Assembly (NCBI GenBank): GCA_963849325.1
Contig: CAWKHF010000012.1
Span: 1,475,636 to 1,539,635, forward strand
From: an uncultured Planctomycetota bacterium
Lineage (GTDB): Bacteria > Planctomycetota > Planctomycetia > Gemmatales > Gemmataceae
DNA length: 64,000 bases
Reading direction: 5' to 3'
Shown here: in pieces, positions 30,390-44,513 of the stretch
Position numbering within the stretch: the first letter of the stretch is position 1
How the letters are laid out: the number at the start of each line of letters is the position of its first letter
Position numbers and translations under genes: made by a program
The notes under the pieces: generated by a model
What the model was told of the DNA's origin: nothing
Seen by the model: only the letters and a program-made list of their open reading frames with translations
Databases searched by the model: none

Positions 30390-32694
30390 ATGGCCCAGTT
30401 GGTGCAGTCCGCGTGTCCGGGATGCAAGAATGTGCTGCACATTCCCGCCGAGTGGCTCCAGCAACCGATTCGTTGCAAGCATTGCGGTACGGTCCTGCAG
30501 GCCAAGCCGACGACGACGCCCGCACGAACCGCGGCCGTTCCGCCTCGCGCCGCGGGCAATCGGCCCTCCTCGTCGGCCACCCGCAAACCGCAGGCGAGTC
30601 TCGCTCCGGCAGCAAGTCCGGCAACGCCCCCAGCGCACGCCGCGGCCGCTGCGCCTCCCAGCTCGCCCTTCGCCGAGATCGGACCCCGCGAGGAGGATGA
30701 CGCACCCCGCAGCCGTCGGCGACGACGCCAGCGCGGCGGCTGGTGGAAAGGCCCCGCTGTCGCCCTGGCCGTCTTCCTCATCGCCGGCATCGTCGCCGTC
30801 GCCAACTGGGACCGCATCGTCGCCCTTCTGCCGCCGTCGCCCGAGGACGAGCAGGCCGTCGCCCAGAACGACAAGTCCAAGGATCCCGTTGCCCAGGCTC
30901 CGCGGAAGAATGTCGAAGGCAAAAAGCCGCCAACGACGTCCAAAGCGCATCCGGTCAAGGACAATCCGAAGAAGAGTAATCCGCCGGAGAAGGGGTCTTC
31001 GAGCAAGCCGCCCAAGTCGGCGCCGCCGAAAACCGTCGTCACGCCGAAGCCGGTTACGCCGCGGCCCTCGAACAGTCCATACCCGCGCCGCGCCCTGGTC
31101 ATCAGCGTCCACGATTACCTGTACGCCAACCCCATCCAGAACGGGCAAATGCGGCGCCAACGCTCGCAATTTCCGCACGTTTATCGAGAGCCTGAATCTC
31201 GGCTTGAACGTGCCGTTGAACCAGGTCGCCCATCTCAGCGATGACGCCATTGGTAAGTGGGGAACGCCGCGCGCGCCGACGAAATCCGTCATCGAAAAGA
31301 CGGTGACGAGCTTTCTGAATAGTTCGCGGGCGCAGGACCGCATCCTGGTCTTCTTCGTCGGCCACTCCGTCGAACTGGACGACGGGGTGTACCTGGCCCC
31401 CATTGAAGGCGAGCTGGACAAGGCCGACACGCTCATCCCTTTGAAGTGGTTCTACGAGCAGATGTCCAAGTGCAAGGCGCGGCAAAAAGTGCTGGTGCTC
31501 GACATCAACCGTTACAACCAAACGTTCGGCCAGGAACGTCCGGGCGGCGAAGAGATGGGACCGAAACTGGACGCTCTGCTGAAAGAGCCGCCCGCGGGCC
31601 TGCAAGTGTGGTCGTCCTGCATCGCCAAGCAGCGGTCCTACGCCTCGGACGACTTTCCGATGGGCGCCTTCCTCGACGAGCTGGAGACGATTTTCCGGCG
31701 CAAAGACCGGGAGCTTCCCAACCTGCTGCAGAAACCGGACTCGCCGTTGCCGCTGGAACGGGTCGTGGCTCGATTGAATGAGAAGATGAAGGAGGAGCTG
31801 AGCAAGCGGAAGGTCGAGCAAGAATCGCGTCTGAGCGGGAAGGAAGCCGACGCCGGCATCACCTACAACAAGGACGAGCCGCCCGCTCCCGACGCCGTCG
31901 CCTCGCTGGCCGGCGTGCCCGAGGACCTGGCCGTCAACAAGGCGCTGATCGAGAAGACCCTCGAGGAGATCGGGACGCCGCCGGTGAAGGTCACGCACGA
32001 ACTGGCCCTGCGCTACGACGCCCTGCCGCCGTTCTCGGTCGAAGCGCTGCGGAAATACCAGGGCGATAGTCCCAATCCGGATTCTCCATTGCGCAAGGCG
32101 GTGAGGAACGCTCGCGCCAGACTCTGGGCCATCTATCCGGGAGGGACCGAACCGAAGGACTTGTCCGCCGAGGTTGCTCGTCAACGCGGCAAAATCCGGG
32201 TCCAGCTCAACGTCCTCAGGGAGGGTTATCGCGCTCCGGGCGGCGGTGGCAACGACGAGAAGCGGTTCAAAGATCGCGTCGAGATGGACGAACGCGCCGT
32301 GGCCCTCATCATGCGGGCCATCGACGACGCCCTGGAGGAACTGCAATCCAAGGAAGTGATCGAGGCGAAGGACAGCGAGAGCAAGCGCTGGAAGGCGAAT
32401 TACGATTTCATCCTGGCGCGGATTGAACTGGAGTACGCTTACCTGTTCGAGTATCAATCGATGCTCGGTTCGATGCGCAAGGAGTTTCCGCCGCGCGATC
32501 CGGCCCTGCACGGCGGCTGGAAGCTGGCCTCGCAAGCGACGCTCCAGGGCGACAGCAAGGGCAAGAAATTCGCCCGCGATGCCCAGAAGCTCCTCGACAA
32601 GGTCGTCAAGGACAACGCCGGCTCGCCCTGGGAAGTGCTGGCCAAACGCGAGAAGCTCACCAACCTCGGACTCGAATGGCAGCCCGCCCGCTGA
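30390..32694 (+). CDS. Zn-ribbon + TM + caspase-like (C14) domain protein, frameshift near 31145
   Basis: CPGC..CKHC, TM helix, RRALVISV..Y, FFVGH, YLAP.EG, KVLVLDINR. Confidence 0.75.
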
Positions 32695-32707
32695 ACGGGA
32701 GCCATTC

Positions 32708-32770
32708 GTTTAGCCGCGACGCGCAGCGGAGCGCGACACTCCCGCGCTCCGCTGCGCGTCGCGGCTAAAC
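32708..32770. repeat. REP-like palindrome family A, copy 1
   Basis: 28-bp arms GTTTAGCCGCGACGCGCAGCGGAGCGCG. Confidence 0.95.
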
Positions 32771-33536
32771 TTTCCTCCCTATCACCTGATAGAAGCGAAT
32801 GGCGCCGCAGGTCAAGACGGGGAACAGCCCGGTGAGGAAGATCCCCGCACGTCCGCGCCGTGCGTCGGGCAGACCGCATTCGCGCAGCACACGGACGTAA
32901 TCGCCGGTGTGGCGCAGGTCGAGCAGGGCGACTTGCCCGCCGGGCTTCAGCACGCGGGCGATCTCGCGGACGGCCTGGCGCCGCCCCTCTCGGCTGGGGA
33001 TATTGTGCAAAACCAGGCTGGAGACCACCACGTCAAACGACGCCTCCGCGAAGGGCAGGCGCTGAGCGTCCCCGTCCTTCACCTCGACGCGCGGGGCAAC
33101 TCCGGCTCGGCGTGCGTTCTCGCGCGTGACTTCCGGCCGATTGCCGCTCAGGTCCACGCGGCTCCAAATGTCGATGCCGACGGCCCTACCGTTGGTCAAC
33201 CGTTGAGCGGCGCCGACGAGCAGCAGACCACGACCGCAGCCGACGTTCGAGCACGCTTTCGTCGCCGCGCCACGCCACCAGATCCAGGAGCCGGTCGCGC
33301 TGGCGCATCTTGCCGATCCGGCTGTACCACAGCATGGCGACGGCGACGACCAGCAGATCCACGGCGACGACCGTCAGGACCAGCGCGATCAGGAGGACCG
33401 CGACCTGATGCGTCAGGCCGAGGCCGCACAGAAGACCGGCCAGGCCGCCCGTCAGGATGCTGAGCAGGACGAGGACCGAAACAGCCCGCGGCGCATCGAT
33501 GCCGTAATCCGGCTGTAACCCCGAGGCGTCCGTCAT
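32765..33536 (-). CDS. Class I SAM methyltransferase with N-terminal TM segments, frameshift near 33250
   Basis: YGIDAP, GIDIWS..DLSGN, GDA..LPF..ASFDVVVS, RVLKPGG. Confidence 0.85.
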
Positions 33537-34699
33537 GTTCCTCGTCCCGGCAAGCGGGGAGCGTCAGCCTCCGGTTGCATCTTAACCGGAGGCTGACGCT
33601 CCCCGCTCGCCATTGGGGAAATAGGCGTCTGCGGCCAGACCACCGCGAGGCGATCCAAACCAGCGACGGGCACAAGGTCCAGTCCATCCACAACCCGGGC
33701 GGCGTAGCGCGTCCGCCGGCCGCTCGTCAGGACGAACGGCTCCAACTTTCCGTGGCCGTTGTCCAGCAGGACGCCCTCGCCCTGCCACGGTTGCGTCACC
33801 TGCCCCTTGTCCACGCTGGTCAGATGCAGGGCCGACTGCTTCCGGTGGTGCTGCGAGCCGTCGAGGTAAAGGGCCAGCAGGCGTTCTTTGCTGGGGAAGA
33901 GCTGACAACCCAGGCGCAGGGCGTCCCAGCAGACGCGGAAGCGATGGCTGGCGTGGCGAACGAAACGCTCCTGCTCCTCTGGGCCGAGTTCGGTCGGTAT
34001 CGTCACGTTGCGGCGGGCGAACTCCGTCATGCGGTCGAGTTGCTCCCGGTGGGCCGGATCGCGTTCCCAGCGCCGCACGCGCCACTCGGCGATCTGCATC
34101 AACGTGAAACGGAACAGCTGATAGGGGCCGAAGCGCAGAAACCAGGCGATGTGCGTCAGGCGCGACGGCGGCAGAAAAACCGCCTCGAAGCCGAGGACGC
34201 GAAGGAGGTCGGTAATCGACGTGATGTAGGCGTTCATGCGGCCGCCGTCGGCGCCGTTGGCGAGTTGCAGCGTCTCATCGTCGAAGACGATCTGGAATTG
34301 CAGCCCCGGAGGATAGACACGCTGCACCTTGTTGTGCCAGGCAACGAGGTGGCACAGGGCGAAGAACTCGGCCCAGTCGGCGTGGCTGTGGGGGACCGCG
34401 TTGGCGTTCTTGAGTGGACCGTAACCGACCGTGACGCGGATGGGCCGGCCCTGCCGCACGAAGCGGCGGATCGGGGCGAGGAACTGCTCGTACACGTCCG
34501 CCGGCGGTAGCGGACCCACCCGGAACTGCCGGGTCAGCAGCGTGTCCAGGGCGGCGCGGGCGAGTTCCTCGACGCGCTCCGCCGCGACGGGGCCGGACAA
34601 CTCGGCGGCATGGGGCCGGACCCAATGCCGGCGCACCACCTCGCCGACGCGCGCCCGTAACTCTTCCGATGGGCATTCAACGGACAGCGACTTGTCCAT
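33533..34699 (-). CDS. Hypothetical protein, distantly PvcA/Dit1 (isonitrile synthase)-like
   Basis: PI....GYGPLKNAN....ADWAEFFAL..L.....V..VYPPGLQFQIVFDD parallels the PvcA motif order. Confidence 0.45.
   Translation of the reverse strand: MDKSLSVECPSEELRARVGEVVRRHWVRPHAAELSGPVAAERVEELARAALDTLLTRQFRVGPLPPADVYEQFLAPIRRFVRQGRPIRVTVGYGPLKNANAVPHSHADWAEFFALCHLVAWHNKVQRVYPPGLQFQIVFDDETLQLANGADGGRMNAYITSITDLLRVLGFEAVFLPPSRLTHIAWFLRFGPYQLFRFTLMQIAEWRVRRWERDPAHREQLDRMTEFARRNVTIPTELGPEEQERFVRHASHRFRVCWDALRLGCQLFPSKERLLALYLDGSQHHRKQSALHLTSVDKGQVTQPWQGEGVLLDNGHGKLEPFVLTSGRRTRYAARVVDGLDLVPVAGLDRLAVVWPQTPISPMASGERQPPVKMQPEADAPRLPGRGT
33553..33607. repeat. Perfect 24-bp-arm palindrome inside the 3' end of an ORF
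   Basis: AGCGGGGAGCGTCAGCCTCCGGTT and its reverse complement. Confidence 0.9.
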
Positions 34700-35678
34700 G
34701 AGAGTGCTCCTCGATCCATTTCACAGCGGTGTCAAGTCCTTCCGGATAGGGAACGCGAGGGAGGTAGCCGAGTTCTCGGGAGGCGCGCTCGATGTTGAAG
34801 GAGCGCGAGGTGCCCAGATGGCGCAGGCTGTTGCGGGTGATCGGCGGCTTGCCGCGGTAGAGACGCATCCGGGACAGAGACTCGAAAAAGAGACAGCCCA
34901 GGTACGGAATGGTGTAAGGCAGGACCTTGCGCGGCGGCGGACAGCCGATCAGCCCGGCGAGATGGTCGATGAATTGGCCGATGCTCGTGCGTGAGCCGTC
35001 GGTGACGTGGTAGGCCCGCCCCCGAGACGCAGGTGTTCGGCCGGCCAGCAGGATGGCCTGCACCAGATCGCTGACGTGGACGATGGGGGCCACGTTGTCG
35101 CGGCTGCCGATGAAGGCGAACTTGCCGCGGCGAAGAGCACGGATCATCTGCGGCAGATTGTGCCGGTCGCGCGGGCCGTAGACGAGGCCCGGCCGCAGCA
35201 CCGTCACGTCCACGCCGTAGCGCCGCTCATAGTCCCAGGCCAGCGTCTCGATGGCGATCTTGACGTCGGCGGGGGCGTCGCCGGAGCGGCGGCAGGGCAG
35301 GTCTTCGCTGGCGTTGTCGAGATGGCGGGTGCCCAGGACGTTGACCGAGGTGAGCAGCACCGCCCGGCCGGACCCCGCTTGCCGCAGCGCTTCCAGCACG
35401 TTCCGCGCTCCAGACAAACCGACGTCCCAGATCTCGCGCGGAGGGAACGCCGGCCCCACGGCGGCGGCGCAGTGATAAACCACGTCCACGCCGCGCGCCG
35501 CCTCCGACAGGACGTGCGGATCGCGCACGTCGCCGATGAGGACTTCGGCGCCGCCGCGCATCTCCGCGGCGGCCTCGTCCGTGCGCACCAGGGCACGCAC
35601 GGACGTCCCTTCGGCGAGCAGTGCGTCGAGGACGTGACGGCCGATGAACCCCGAGGCGCCTGTTACCAGCGTAGCCAT
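34677..35678 (-). CDS. NAD-dependent epimerase/dehydratase (extended SDR, 3beta-HSD-like)
   Basis: LVTGASGFIG, VYHCAA, LRPGLVYGPRD, VHVSDLV. Confidence 0.9.
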   Translation of the reverse strand: MATLVTGASGFIGRHVLDALLAEGTSVRALVRTDEAAAEMRGGAEVLIGDVRDPHVLSEAARGVDVVYHCAAAVGPAFPPREIWDVGLSGARNVLEALRQAGSGRAVLLTSVNVLGTRHLDNASEDLPCRRSGDAPADVKIAIETLAWDYERRYGVDVTVLRPGLVYGPRDRHNLPQMIRALRRGKFAFIGSRDNVAPIVHVSDLVQAILLAGRTPASRGRAYHVTDGSRTSIGQFIDHLAGLIGCPPPRKVLPYTIPYLGCLFFESLSRMRLYRGKPPITRNSLRHLGTSRSFNIERASRELGYLPRVPYPEGLDTAVKWIEEHSHGQVAVR

Positions 35679-35895
35679 GACGTCCCCTTTGGATAGAGGC
35701 AGCGAGGGGCCGTTTTGCATCCCGGTTTCCGGTTCCGGCTCGAAACCCAGGACGGACACCGTCCGCTTGGAGAGGGACGAGTGGGGTTGTTTTAGGAGGG
35801 AAACCACCAAGGTCAAGAAATGCGACACCTGTGTCACTACGTCAGCCGTGAGGGACAGCGTTGGGTGGGCTGAGGAACGACACCTCCGCGAGTTC

Positions 35896-35956
35896 CTTTC
35901 GGAGTTGGAAGCGTAACGAATGGAATGGCCTTCACTTACGCTTCCAACTCCGAAAG
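35896..35956. repeat. Palindrome with 21-bp perfect arms (GAAGCGTAA family)
   Basis: CTTTCGGAGTTGGAAGCGTAA ... TTACGCTTCCAACTCCGAAAG. Confidence 0.85.
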
Positions 35957-36109
35957 AGGGTCCGCCCGCCGTAGCTGGCACTCTTTGGCGGCTACGCCCC
36001 GGCGGCGCCTCCGGCGGATGCAGCCACCTTCGACGGGAGAAAGATTAAATAACGATTAAATTTATCCTGATTCTTGGAATAGAGTTGCAATCCGAGGACG
36101 GTGAGTTAA

Positions 36110-37083
<974 letters not shown>

Positions 37084-37093
37084 GCCGTCGACC

Positions 37094-39227
37094 TCAGTCG
37101 CCGCGGACGAGGCGGTCGATCCGCCGCAGCGTTTCGATCACCTCCGGTAAGGCGCGAAACTGTTCCAGCGCGTAGCGGGCCTTGTTCCGCCAGTTGGGGC
37201 ATTCGCCGGCGGTGCTGGGGACGTTCTGGGGCTGTGTCTCCAGCCATAAATCCTCCAGGTTCACGAGCACGATCCGGGCCTCGCTGGCGGCCAGGTGAGA
37301 GAGGCACGCTCGCAGGACCGAGGCCACGTCCCCCGCTTCGCCGAGCCGTCCCTGCTCGCGCAGGAAATTCACCAGGGCGTCCAGCATCGCCCGCCGGTGT
37401 TCCCGTTCGCGGTTGGGATCCTGGTCGCCGAGCAGGCCCAGCTCCTGACGCTGCCGAATGTCCAGCCCCTGCCAGTACGCCGCGAACGGCGGCATGTCGT
37501 GAGTGTTGACGCTGGCGATGGAACCGGCCGGAATGACCGGCAGCACCTCCTCGGGATCGTCCTGCAAGACGTACTGTACGACATACATGCGATGGACGTT
37601 GTGCCGTGCCATCGACTCCGGCACCTCCGGCGGCACCGTGCCGAGATCCTCGCCGACGAGCATGGCCTGATGGCGGTGCGACTCCAGGCTGAACAGGGCG
37701 TAAAGCTCCTCGGCGGGGTAACGGACGTAGACTCCCTGGCTCGCCTCCAGGCCGCGCGGCACCCAGAACAGGCGGTGAAAGACCGGCATGTGATCGATGC
37801 GTAGCACGCCGGCATATTGGAGCTGTCGCCGCACGTAGGCGAGGACGTAGCGATAGCCCTGCTCGCGGATACGGCCGGGATGCAACGGCGGAAAGCCCCA
37901 GTCCTGCCCTTTGGTAAAGACCGCGTCCGGCGGCGCGCCGCCGGACGCCTCGACGGCGAAGGCTTCTCGTTCGCGCCGAGACGTCGTAACCGTGAGCGTG
38001 GACGCCCAGCGGCAGATCAAGATACAGTCCTGGCCCGGTTCGCCGCGCTTCGTCCGCCAACTGTTGCAGCTGCTCCTCGGCGATCCACTGGACGTACAGG
38101 TGATAGCGATGGGCGTCCTCGTCGTAGTCCGTTTCGTGGATCACGCCGTCGCGCAGCGGCGCCGGCCACTGGGGCCAGGGGGTCCGCAGCCGTTCGCCGA
38201 CCGCACGGAAACGGGCATAGTCGTCGGCCCGTGGATACTCGGCGCAGAAGCGCTCGAACGCTTCGCGGCGGTCGGCCGGCACCTGGAAGCGTGCCCGTGC
38301 CAACTCGACCAGCACCCGACGCTTCAGCGTCATCTGCCGGCGGTAATCGGCTTGCCGCAGGGAACGGAGCGCCTCGCGTTCGCGGAGGAACTCCGGCGAC
38401 GCCAGGATCGCCCGTGCCGTGGGACAGTGACCCAACTCGGGAATGGACTCGACATCGAGGTAAAACTCGTTCCAGAAGAGGCGGCTGACGGGAGAGTAGG
38501 GACTGCACTCGAACGGCTCGTCGAGGAAGGCAGCCAGGAGCGGCAGCGTGGCCGCCACGCCTCCGCCCTGCTGGCGCACCCACGCCAGCAACTCGCGCAA
38601 ATCGGTGAAGTCGCCTCCGCCCCAGCTCCGCGCCGAGTGCAGGGCGTACAACGGCAGGAACACGCCCCACGTCCGTTGCTCTCGTCCCTCCGCCGGGGCA
38701 TAGGCGCGGCGCGGCGCGGAGAGGAGGAGCGACCGGAGCGTCTGTCCGTCTACCTCCACCTCCAGATGGTGGTAGCCGTGCGGCAGGGCGTCGGGTAGAG
38801 AAAGAGACTTTGCCACGTAGGACACGCCTTCGAGGCGCGCGGATTCGACGGTCGAGAGTTGACCAGGATCGACGTCCCAGCGGCGTTCCTCCCCATCTTC
38901 CCATCGGAGGCGACACTGCCAGCGACCGGCGCTGTGCCGCTCCGTGCCGCGCAACACCACGCCGTCGAATCGACCATCCCAGGCGAGGGACACCGGCTCC
39001 AACCCGCACCGCCACATCGCTTGTCGGTGTTCTCGAAGGACGTCGGCCGCGTCGACGGCTCGTTGCAGCGGCGCCCCCAGCACCTGGAGCACGCGCAGCA
39101 GCGAGTCCGGCGCCGCCTCCTTCTGCTCGCCGAAGACGTCCTCGTAGGCGACCTCGACACCGTAGAGTCGAGCCAGTTCCTTCAGCGCCGAATCGGGAGG
39201 AGGTTGCCTCTTCTTTGCAGCGGACAT
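37094..39227 (-). CDS. malQ: 4-alpha-glucanotransferase, frameshift near 37980
   Basis: SPYSPVSRLF.N, LYLDLPLG, GAPPD.F..GQDWG.P, LRIDH, GEDLG, THD. Confidence 0.93.
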
Positions 39228-39283
39228 GCGGACCTCGCTGGGTTGCTCGAATAAATCCGGATCAGCATTAAGCCGCCAGCGGA

Positions 39284-42200
39284 TTAACCCTCTGGCTCAC
39301 CGACCAGAAGCGCGACCGGGCAGTCGGCGAACACGTCCGCCGCGGCCAGCGCGAGCTGACCCTGTTGCTCGGCTGCGGCCAGCCGTGCGCCGGTGAAGAC
39401 ATTGCGCCAGCGCACGACGGGATCGACGCGCGGCAGAAACAGTCGCGTGTCCTGCCAAACCGTGCCCAGCGGGGGCTTCTCGGACTGCGGCGCCAGACGA
39501 ACCAGCAGCCGAGGCACAGCGACGACGGCCACGTCGGCGCCGGCCTTGCGAGCGAAGGCGAACAAGTGGTCCGCCTTCGCTCCGATGACCCCCAGCGGAA
39601 GGTATTCGCCGGCGCTGAACAGTCCCGGATGGTCCCGGCGGCAATGCAGCGCCCGATAGGTCACGAATAGCTTGATCCGGCCATCCTCCTTGGCCGAGAC
39701 CAGGCCGCGCACCAGCTCGCGCAGGTCCAGGGCCGGACGCCGCCGCTTGCAATTCGCTCAGCAGCTTGCGGCGGCGCTCGTAGTCCACCGGCCGGCGGTT
39801 GTCGGGGTCCACCAGGCTGAAGTCCCACAGCTCGGTCCCCTGGTAGGTGTCGGGCACGCCCGGACAGGTGATCTTCAACAGCGTCTGCGCCAGCGAGTTG
39901 AACAGCCCGTAATGGCTGACCCGCCGCACGAAGGCGCGGAAGTCCCGCAAGAAGGGTCCGTTGACGCTCTCATCCAGAATGCGACCGATGAACTCCTGAA
40001 TGGCCCGGTCGAATTCCAGGTCCGGGTTGATCCAGCTGGTGTGGACCTTGGCCTCGTGCAGCGCCTTCTGCATGTACGCCTGGATGCGCTTGACGAACTC
40101 CGCGTACTCTTCAGCGGAATACGGTTCCAGCGGCCAGGCGCCGACGAGCGTCTGGTAGAGCAGATATTCCTCGTTGCCGTCCGGCACGGTGAAATCGGTT
40201 ACGCGCTGCCGGTGCGGCTCGTTGAGCCGGCCCCAGCGTTCCAGGGCGGTGCGCCAGTCGTCGGGCATCTCGGACAGTACGTTGAGGCGAGCGCGGACGT
40301 CCTCGCTGCGCTTGGTATCGTGGGTGGACAGCGGCGACAGGGAATAAGGCCATTTGCTCTGCCGATCGCGGTTGTAGGCGTGCAGGGCGTCGGGCCGGAC
40401 GCCGAAGTGGGCCGGGTCGCCGCCGACCTCGTTGAGCGAAACCAGGCGGTTGTAGACGTAAAAGGCCGTATCCTCAATGCCCTTGGCCGTCACTGGCGCC
40501 GTCACCTGCTGAAACTTGCCCGCCAAACGCCGCTGCTCGGCCCGGTCCTCTTCCGTAGACGTCTCCGGGTATTCCAACAGCAACATGCCGCGGAGGAAGC
40601 GAAAGACCGCCCGGCTGACCAGCGGATTGCGCAGCATGGCCCGGCGCACGGCCGTCTCGACGTAACGGCGATCCGCCTCGTGAACGCCGTCGTCGGCGAT
40701 GTACGAACGGTAGACGGGAAAGCAGGCGATGACCTCGCGCAGGGCCAGCCGCAGCGTGTCGAGGGTGAAATCGCGCGACTTGCGGCTCTTCTGGGCCAGC
40801 CGGTCGAGTTGATACGACAGCATGTACAGCTCGCTGGCCAGCGACACTTGCAGGATGAGTAGCTTCTTCTGGTAGATCAACTCGACGAAGCGCGTGCTGT
40901 CCTGGATCCAGTCGGAATAGAGGCGCGTGAACGCTCCGGTGGCGACGGGATCGACAAACAGGCCGTTGGCCTCGTTGACGAAGTCGTAACCGCTGGTGCC
41001 GTGGACCGCCCAGTCCTCGGGCAGCGGTTCGCCGGCCGCGAGGATCTTCTCCGCCACGACGTAAAGCGGCCACCTCTCTGGACCACTGCCCGCGCCGAGG
41101 TCAGCGGCGATGCGCTGGCGTAACGGCCCTTCGACTTCCTTCCAGTCAAGATTTTGGAAACGAGCATCGGCATCGAAGACGGCACGGGCGCAGGCGAGCA
41201 GGTAGTGTTCCTGCAGCCTCCGGCAATACTCGGCGGGATCGTAGAGGCCGTCGGGGTGGTCGATGCGCAGCCCGTCGATCTCTCCCTCGGCGAGCAGGCG
41301 GAAGATCAGTCCGTGCGCCGCCTCGAACACGTCCGCCCGCTCCATGCTCAGGGCGGCGAGGTCGTTGATGTCAAAGAAACGGCGGTAGTTGATCTCGTCG
41401 GAGGCGACGCGCCAGAAGGAGAGGCGGTAGCTCTGCTGGTCGAGCAGGTCGTCCAGCAAGTCGAAACTGTGCGGATCGCCGGGCGTGCCGTTGAAGCGTT
41501 GGATGTTCTCCTCGACGAAGGCGCGCACCTTCGGCTCCTCGCCGGCGAGGTTAGCCAACCGCCGCTTGATGACTTCCTTCTCGCGTTGGCGTTCGGCCAG
41601 GCGTTCGGGGTCGGTCTCCAAACGGTCGGGAAGGTTGCGCACGGCGGTCAGGATACTTTGATATTCCAGCAGAGCGTGCGCCTCCGTCCCCAGCTCGCGC
41701 TCCAACTCTTCCAGACGATGCCCCAGGAGCCGGGCATAGCTGGAGGGAGCGATGGGGAAACGGCGATCGTAATAGCTGACGGTGAACACGCCGGACTCGA
41801 AGGACAGGCGAAGCTGTCCCTTCTCCAGTACGTCGCCATACGGCTCGCCCAGGACGGGCAGCAGGATCTTGTCGCGCAGCTGGGGCCGAGAGGAGGCGCG
41901 CCAGGCGATGTCGAAGTAGGCGGCATAACGGGAGGCGGGACCATTCTCCAGGACATCGTTCCACCAGGCGTTGTCGTTGGTGGCCACGCCCATGTGATTG
42001 GGCACGGTGTCGAGGATCTGTCCTAGACCGTGCTCTTTCAAGGTATTTACCAGAGCGTTGTAATCCTCGGTACTGCCGATCTCCGGATTGAGGGAACTGT
42101 GATCGATGATGTCGTAGCCGTGCGTGCTGCCCGGCCGCGCGCGGAGATAGGGCGAGGCGTACAGGTGCGTGACGCCCAGGTCGCGCAGGTAAGGTACGAT

Positions 42201-42323
42201 CTGCCGGGCGTCGCGGAACGTGAAGCCGGCATGAAACTGAAGCCGATACGTGGCCTCCGGGAAGGAGCGCAGGCCGGCGGCCCTCTGTCGTGCCTGGTAG
42301 AATAAGTCGTCGGCGACACTCAT
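39284..42323 (-). CDS. treY: Malto-oligosyltrehalose synthase, frameshift near 39730
   Basis: ATYRLQF, GSTHGYD, INYRRFFDI, GLRIDHPDGL, STHDTKRSEDVRAR, SLVDPDNRRPVDY. Confidence 0.95.
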
Positions 42324-42395
42324 GATGCTCCTCTTGTGCGGTAGGTGCCGCGAGTCGAGCGGCACGGGAAGGCCGCCCCGCTCGGCTCGCGGAGC

Positions 42396-44269
<1,874 letters not shown>

Positions 44270-44425
44270 CTCTCCTGGTTCGCTTTGCTGGAGCAAACGA
44301 TGGCAAATCTTGCGCCGATTTGTCGCGGATGGTCCTTACGCATAGGTTGGCATTACATTTGCCTCGCTTCCTCTCGACCGTGCCGTGCGGATACGGCGAC
44401 AAGGACGAGGGATGATTAGGAATTT

Positions 44426-44493
44426 CGTTTAGCCGCGACGCGCAGCGGAGCGCGGGGTTCTCCCCGCGCTCCGCTGCGCGTCGCGGCTAAACG
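44426..44493. repeat. REP-like palindrome family A, copy 2 (in the divergent promoter region)
   Basis: Arms identical to the copy at 32708. Confidence 0.95.
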
Positions 44494-44513
44494 AGGTTAG
44501 GTTTGGACGAGCG

